From Vicugna vicugna (Eukaryota): a stretch of DNA of 64,000 bases. The stretch covers positions 560,001-624,000 of the forward strand of contig MU058252.1 in NCBI GenBank assembly GCA_013265495.1, in the 5' to 3' direction. The first letter of the stretch is position 1, and every line of letters begins with the position of its first letter. This document shows positions 59,185 through 64,000 of this stretch, piece after piece. The notes beneath the pieces are model-generated. The model was given only the letters and a program-made list of their open reading frames with translations, searched no databases and was not told where the DNA came from. The position numbers and the translations under genes were made by a program.

Positions 59185-60400
59185 CCCGCTGATCGGGCGG
59201 AGTACCAGGAGGAGGCTGCGCCCCGCTAGGGAGGGGCGCCCCGGCATCCTCGCGGCGGCTCCCTGCGACTGCGTCCCGCGGCCATCGCGGGGGCCCGGCG
59301 CCAGGCTCCTGCGGAGGCACGGGGCAGGGCGGGGGTGAGGCGGGGGACCCGCGCTCCCGTGCGCGCACCTGGCCTCCCGGCCCGCTGACCTGACGGGGGC
59401 TGCGTTGCGGGGGGCGGCCCACTCTAGACTCCGGGTCCCCGGGTGTAGCTGTCCCAGCCCCACCGCGTGGAACCCTCCCTTCCCTGAGCCCCCAGGGAAG
59501 ATCCGCACCCAACCTGAGCAGACCCCTCCCTCTGGGCCCGCGCCAGCCGAGCAGAGCCTTCTCGGGGCGCGCTGAAAGGTCTGAATCTCTTCGCGGGGCG
59601 CGGGGAGCGGAGGGACCCGGGAAGTGGAGCGCCTCGGTGCCCTCCTCGGGCGGCGCCGCGCGCTCCAGGAGGCCGAGTGGCGAACAATACAGTACAGCCT
59701 GGCTCCTCCTCAGAGACCACCCCTCAACCTGTCCCCTCCCACTTTTCGGGCCTGCGCTCCCGCAACCCCACCCCGGCCTCGGGTCCCTCGGGATGGACCT
59801 CAGCCCCAGGGACGTTGGGGAGGGTTCCACGTGCGACACTCCCGGTTACCCGACCTGCGCCTCTGGGCTCCCGCCCTCTTCCACCCCTGCCAGGACCAAA
59901 GGCCGGGACGATGAGAAGGAGGAGGAGGTGGACGGCAAGGTCAGGGCTGGGGAGAGGCGCACGCCGGGAACTCACTGGGTCCCGCGGCTGCGCGCCGCTA
60001 CCAGGCAAGTCTGCTCCTTCCAGGCTCCCAGTTCTAAGAACCCTCTCGGAGGGCCTCTCGGGGAACTCAGGGTCGGTTCCGCTGGTCTGAGAGAGCCTTC
60101 AGTCCGCCCTCGCTGGGAAATCACGTGCACACCCCGAATCCTAAAGACGTCCCTCGAGGGAAGGGGGAGCGTCCCGCGCCCCTAGCCTCGGCGCGCGCTT
60201 CGGACCGTCTGCCCAGGTCCCCGCAGGAATCCCACACCCGGGGCCGCGAGCCCTCCTGGAGCGCGGGGCTGCTGGTTCCCATTAGAGCAGTTCCGGTGCC
60301 GGCTTCGCGGGGGGCGGGGAGGGGTGACCCCCCCCCAACTCGGATCCTCCAGGTCCTAAAGGTAGCAGGATTTCCCGAACACTCGAGGGCTCCTGAGGAA
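58800..60400 (-). promoter_or_regulatory. WDR86: WDR86 CpG-island promoter
   Basis: Dense CpG, GC-rich block surrounding exon 1 and extending ~1.2 kb upstream. Confidence 0.85.
59022..59184 (-). CDS. WDR86: WDR86 exon 1
   Basis: gggATGG strong Kozak context; [17 protein letters not shown]...CCALLQ; donor G|gtagac. Confidence 0.95.
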
Positions 60401-62204
60401 AGCTAGCGGGGCAAATCTCACACCAGATTTGTGTTTGTGTGTTTTGGGGAAAGCGGGGCCGGGAACAGGATAGCTTTGGAAAGTCAGCCCTCAGCACGAT
60501 GACCTGACCGTCTCCCAATGGTTGACCAGACTCCGAAAGAATACCCCATGATGAGGTCCTACGGGGCACTGCGCCATTTATTCTCCAAGTGGTCTAAACC
60601 AGAGAAACCCATTCTTTCTTTCCTCAAACATGTGAATCAGCTTGCAGCTCTGCGTAAGGATTGAGAAAGGGGGCATTACTTCGTAGGCAACAGGGGCCAG
60701 TGAAGGGTTGGGAGGGCACGTTAAAGTGGGGATTTGGAGTCGCTGGTAAAAGACTTGTGGAGGTGGGGTGAAAGGAGGCAGGAGGAGGCTGCTGGGGTCC
60801 AGCAGGAGAGAGGAAGGCAGAAAGCGCAGGGGTGTTCCTGAGGTGGACTCTGCAGAAACTAGGACTCTGGGAGTTCCCCGTTGTGCCGACAGACTCTGGC
60901 CCATGATACAGGCTCAGAGATGCTTCTACAGGCTGATCATGAGTTCATTTTAGGACCTGTGCACTTAAAGGGGCCATTGCAACATCCAGATATGAAGACT
61001 GGTGGGCATCTGGCCCTACAGGTGTGGCCTACAGGTGAGGCCAGAGGGGGTGGGAGTCATGAGCATGGGGAGGCTGCAGCCCTTGGGGAAGGTGAGGTGA
61101 GGAGTGAGAAGACAGGGAAGAGTTTATACAAAGACGAGCTAGAGGAGACCCAGATGTTCTGAGCAGGCATCTATTATCTTGGACTCTAAGAGGAGAGGGT
61201 GTTTAAGAAGTGGGGAGGGCCAAGGCACGATGAGATGACCATGGCCACACCCTCAAGGAGCCTGCCTACTAGTGTTTGAGACAAGACACCCACATTAGGA
61301 GAAAAGCTGAACCTTCAAGGGGGTCACACAATATTTGTTAGCAAGGTGGGAGCCACACCTTTCTGTTCCTCAGTCACCAACACAAACCCTACCCCCTTCT
61401 CTTGGCTCCCAGCACACACAGCGGATTCAGAAGCGCTCTGTCAAGGCAATATCAACCATCCAAGGTCCAGGACTGCTCACCTCCACCACCTTCCTCTTTC
61501 CAAGCTGAGGTACTTTTTGCTCTTCTTGCCCTTCTCCTTTATTCCTTTTCTCCCTCATTGGTTTGGTTCCCCGGTGGGGAGTGAGCCAGCTGGCCTGTTT
61601 CCTTGTGTGTGTGGATGTGATGGTGTGGGGTGTCTGGATGCGTGTGTGTGCAGTAAAGATGCCGTCCGGAGCCTGCTTCTCTTCCCTTTTTTCTTACAAG
61701 CCGAGCATGACAGGCCCTGCTCTGATGAACTTCGCCCAAATTTAACAGGAGTGCAGACAACGGGAAGACTGGAAAACAAGGCCCAAATCCCCTGAAACTG
61801 GACTCTCCCACATCCCCCTGGAGAACACAGAGCTGCAGTGATCCAGGGGCCAAGCTCGGGCTGCCAGCAAGGTCTCCCTTCCACACGTCCTGCCCTTAAC
61901 ACTCTTCCAGAGCCCCCTCCAAGGGCCCGGAGCCCTTGCTGTGCACAGGGCTGTCCTGTCAGTGCGGAAACGAAATCACCATGGCAAAAGGTCCAGGTGG
62001 GAAGGGGGGAGGAAATGGTTAAGTTTTCAGAAGAAACAGGAAAAGGGCAATGTTTAACAAGTGAAGGTGTGTGTGTGTGTGGGGGGGTGCCTCCTGGCAG
62101 CAGCACCAATGGCGATGATTTTGTGCCAGGGCTCAGACAGATGCCACACAAATAGTCATAAAATTCCACCTGCTAGAAAGAATGACTGTGGGGGCCTCTC
62201 TGCA

Positions 62205-62380
62205 GGGTATCAAGAAAGGCAGATGGGTACCAGGTTTCCATTTGGGGTGATGAAGAAAGCCTGTAACTTGATAGTGGAGATGGTTGTATAACACTGCGAA
62301 TGTACTTAATGTCACTGAATTGTTCACTTTAAAGTGGTTACAATGGTAAATTTTATGTTATGTGTATTTAACCACACACA
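62205..62380 (+). mobile_element. Ancient L1 3' UTR remnant
   Basis: gggtaccaggtttccatttggggtgatgaa...ggttgtataacactgcgaatgtacttaatgtcactgaattgttcacttt. Confidence 0.75.
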
Positions 62381-63159
62381 AACACAAAACATATTGTATC
62401 ACTGAAAAACAGAGGGCTTTGTGAAGCCTCAATATTATTACTACTATAATAAATGTTTGGAGGACAGTTATCAGAGAATTAAAATTACTGTTTGGAGAAC
62501 GGTATGTGGCCATATGCCCTTCGAACCCTGTATACACACATGTCCCAGACTGTCAGTGCTGCCAGGGTCCAGAGGAGGATGTGACCAGCATCAGACATCA
62601 GAGAGCCCTAGTCTCCGAACAAGGGTCCTGAGCCAGGCTGCTCTGGACTACGGAGCTCCATTCTACCCCACTCTGAACCCCCATCATTCCCAGGATGACA
62701 TGCTCTCAATCTGCTCCAAGGGGTCACTGTCTGTTCCAATCAGGGTCGAGATTTTAAAAGACACAGGCTTAGAAAAACAAATCTCCCTCATGCCAAGAAA
62801 CTCTCCTTTGTACTGGCTGCTCCAGGCCACTGCCTCTAGCTGCTGGCCCCCAAAGTCAGGAGCCAGGTCCTCTGAGCAAGAGAGTTGTCACACAGAGACT
62901 GGCCCAGAGGGCTCAGAGTCTGGACACGTGTTCCCCAATCTGACACTGAAATGTATGGGCTTTTCCTGGGTGTCTGAACAGGGCTGTGTTTAAAGACATG
63001 GCTGTTCTGTAGTACAAAAGCCAGCTGGTAAACATCCCATCCCTCCAAATTTTCATTTTATCTCCCCCGCAGACTCTTCCTGGCAGGCTCAGAGACGTAT
63101 CAGAGGTTAACTAGACAAGGGGAAGGCAGTTTTTAAACAGCTTTCAGAATCCACTAGCT

Positions 63160-64000
63160 TTGACTTCAAGTCTGGCCCACATGGGATAGTAGGGATTGGA
63201 TTTACCCTCCTGCACCCTCCAACCAAAAAACAAACACACAAAGTATGTCAAACAACAGTTTTTGAGACACTGGGCATCTGGCAATGAAGGACAGTAATGC
63301 CCGAGAGACAGGAACAAATGGCCCAGCTCACTGCCCTGAGAGCTCGGAGCAGGAATGGGGAGCTTGAATGGAGCCCAGTGGACTCTGGGAGTTTCAGAAA
63401 CAGCTGAGTGACCAGGATGAACGAAGTGCCTAGAGGTGGGGTGGTTGGCTAGAGTGTCAGAGAGCAGAAACCCCTGGAGATCTATGGAAGGTCCTCTCCA
63501 GTATGCAGCTGGGATGGATCAACAGTGCATGGGAGGAAACTACCCAAGGAGGGAAAAGGTAATGAAGTCCCCACCAGGGCTGAGAACAGCGAAGGTGAGG
63601 ACGTGAAGACAATTACCATAACTGTATTCCATACGTCCAAAAGGCGATGTAGAAGCATGGGGTCCAACTGAACTTCTAGAGATGAAAACATCTGAAATTA
63701 AACAACAGCAACACTGGATGGAATTAGTAGCAGATTAGGCGTTTCAGAATAAAATATTAGGAAACTTGAAGACATAGCAGTAGAAACTATCCAAAATGAA
63801 AGGCAGAGAAAAAAGAATTTTAAAAATGGAAGAAGCATCAGTAGGCTGTGGGACAGCTGCAAGCGGCCTGATCTGAGTAACTGGAGTCTTCGAAGTAGAG
63901 GGGAGAAAGGAGGGACAGAAGGAATATTTGAAGAAATAATGGCTGAAAGTTCCCAAATTTGATGAAAATTATACATTCATAAGTCAAGGAACTCACCAAA
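63160..64000 (+). mobile_element. Ancient L1M 5' UTR and ORF1 remnant, continuing past the window end
   Basis: gggattggatttaccctcc...gaacttctagagatgaaaa...gaaacttgaagacatagcagtagaaactatccaaaatgaa...gaagaaataatggctgaaag. Confidence 0.75.

Noticed and set aside
59018..60185. Long overlapping ORFs (273, 182, 137 aa) in the WDR86 CpG island
   Set aside because: Low-complexity Pro/Gly/Arg translations, open in several frames, are expected from GC-rich DNA. No recognisable domain outside WDR86 exon 1.
1..64000. CRISPR array, rRNA, snoRNA/miRNA, or a prokaryote-like or foreign insert
   Set aside because: No regularly spaced repeats, recognisable structured RNA gene or dense intronless gene cluster was seen. 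A small ncRNA cannot be excluded without an Infernal/Rfam search.

Overview
Mammalian genomic DNA, most likely a camelid (alpaca, vicuna or camel). This call rests on five tRNA-Ala-derived SINEs resembling Vic-1 and on the absence of recognisable Alu, B1, Bov-A, PRE-1 or Can-SINE. The window holds two complete, convergent, intact spliced genes. NUB1 is on the + strand: CpG-island promoter at ~4.0-5.0 kb, non-coding exon 1, and 14 coding exons at 7242-30877 (1845 nt, 614 aa, NUB1L-type long form). WDR86 is on the - strand: CpG island at ~58.8-60.4 kb and 6 coding exons at 59184-37691 (1140 nt, 379 aa WD40 protein). All coding exon junctions were read by eye as GT-AG with consistent phase. The rest is intronic or intergenic sequence with L1 fragments, LTR/MaLR remnants, MER/Tigger DNA transposons, MIRs and microsatellites. 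Almost all ORFs in the supplied track are spurious. I found no convincing new multi-gene system. The best leads are regulatory or isoform-level: an IRF/ISRE cluster in NUB1 intron 1, a palindromic double AP-1 plus E-box element in NUB1 intron 9, an in-frame upstream ATG and an in-frame stop-free last intron in WDR86, absence of the GT that would give the short NUB1 isoform, and an orphan perfect splice donor downstream of WDR86. Repeat family names come from recognition, not a database search.
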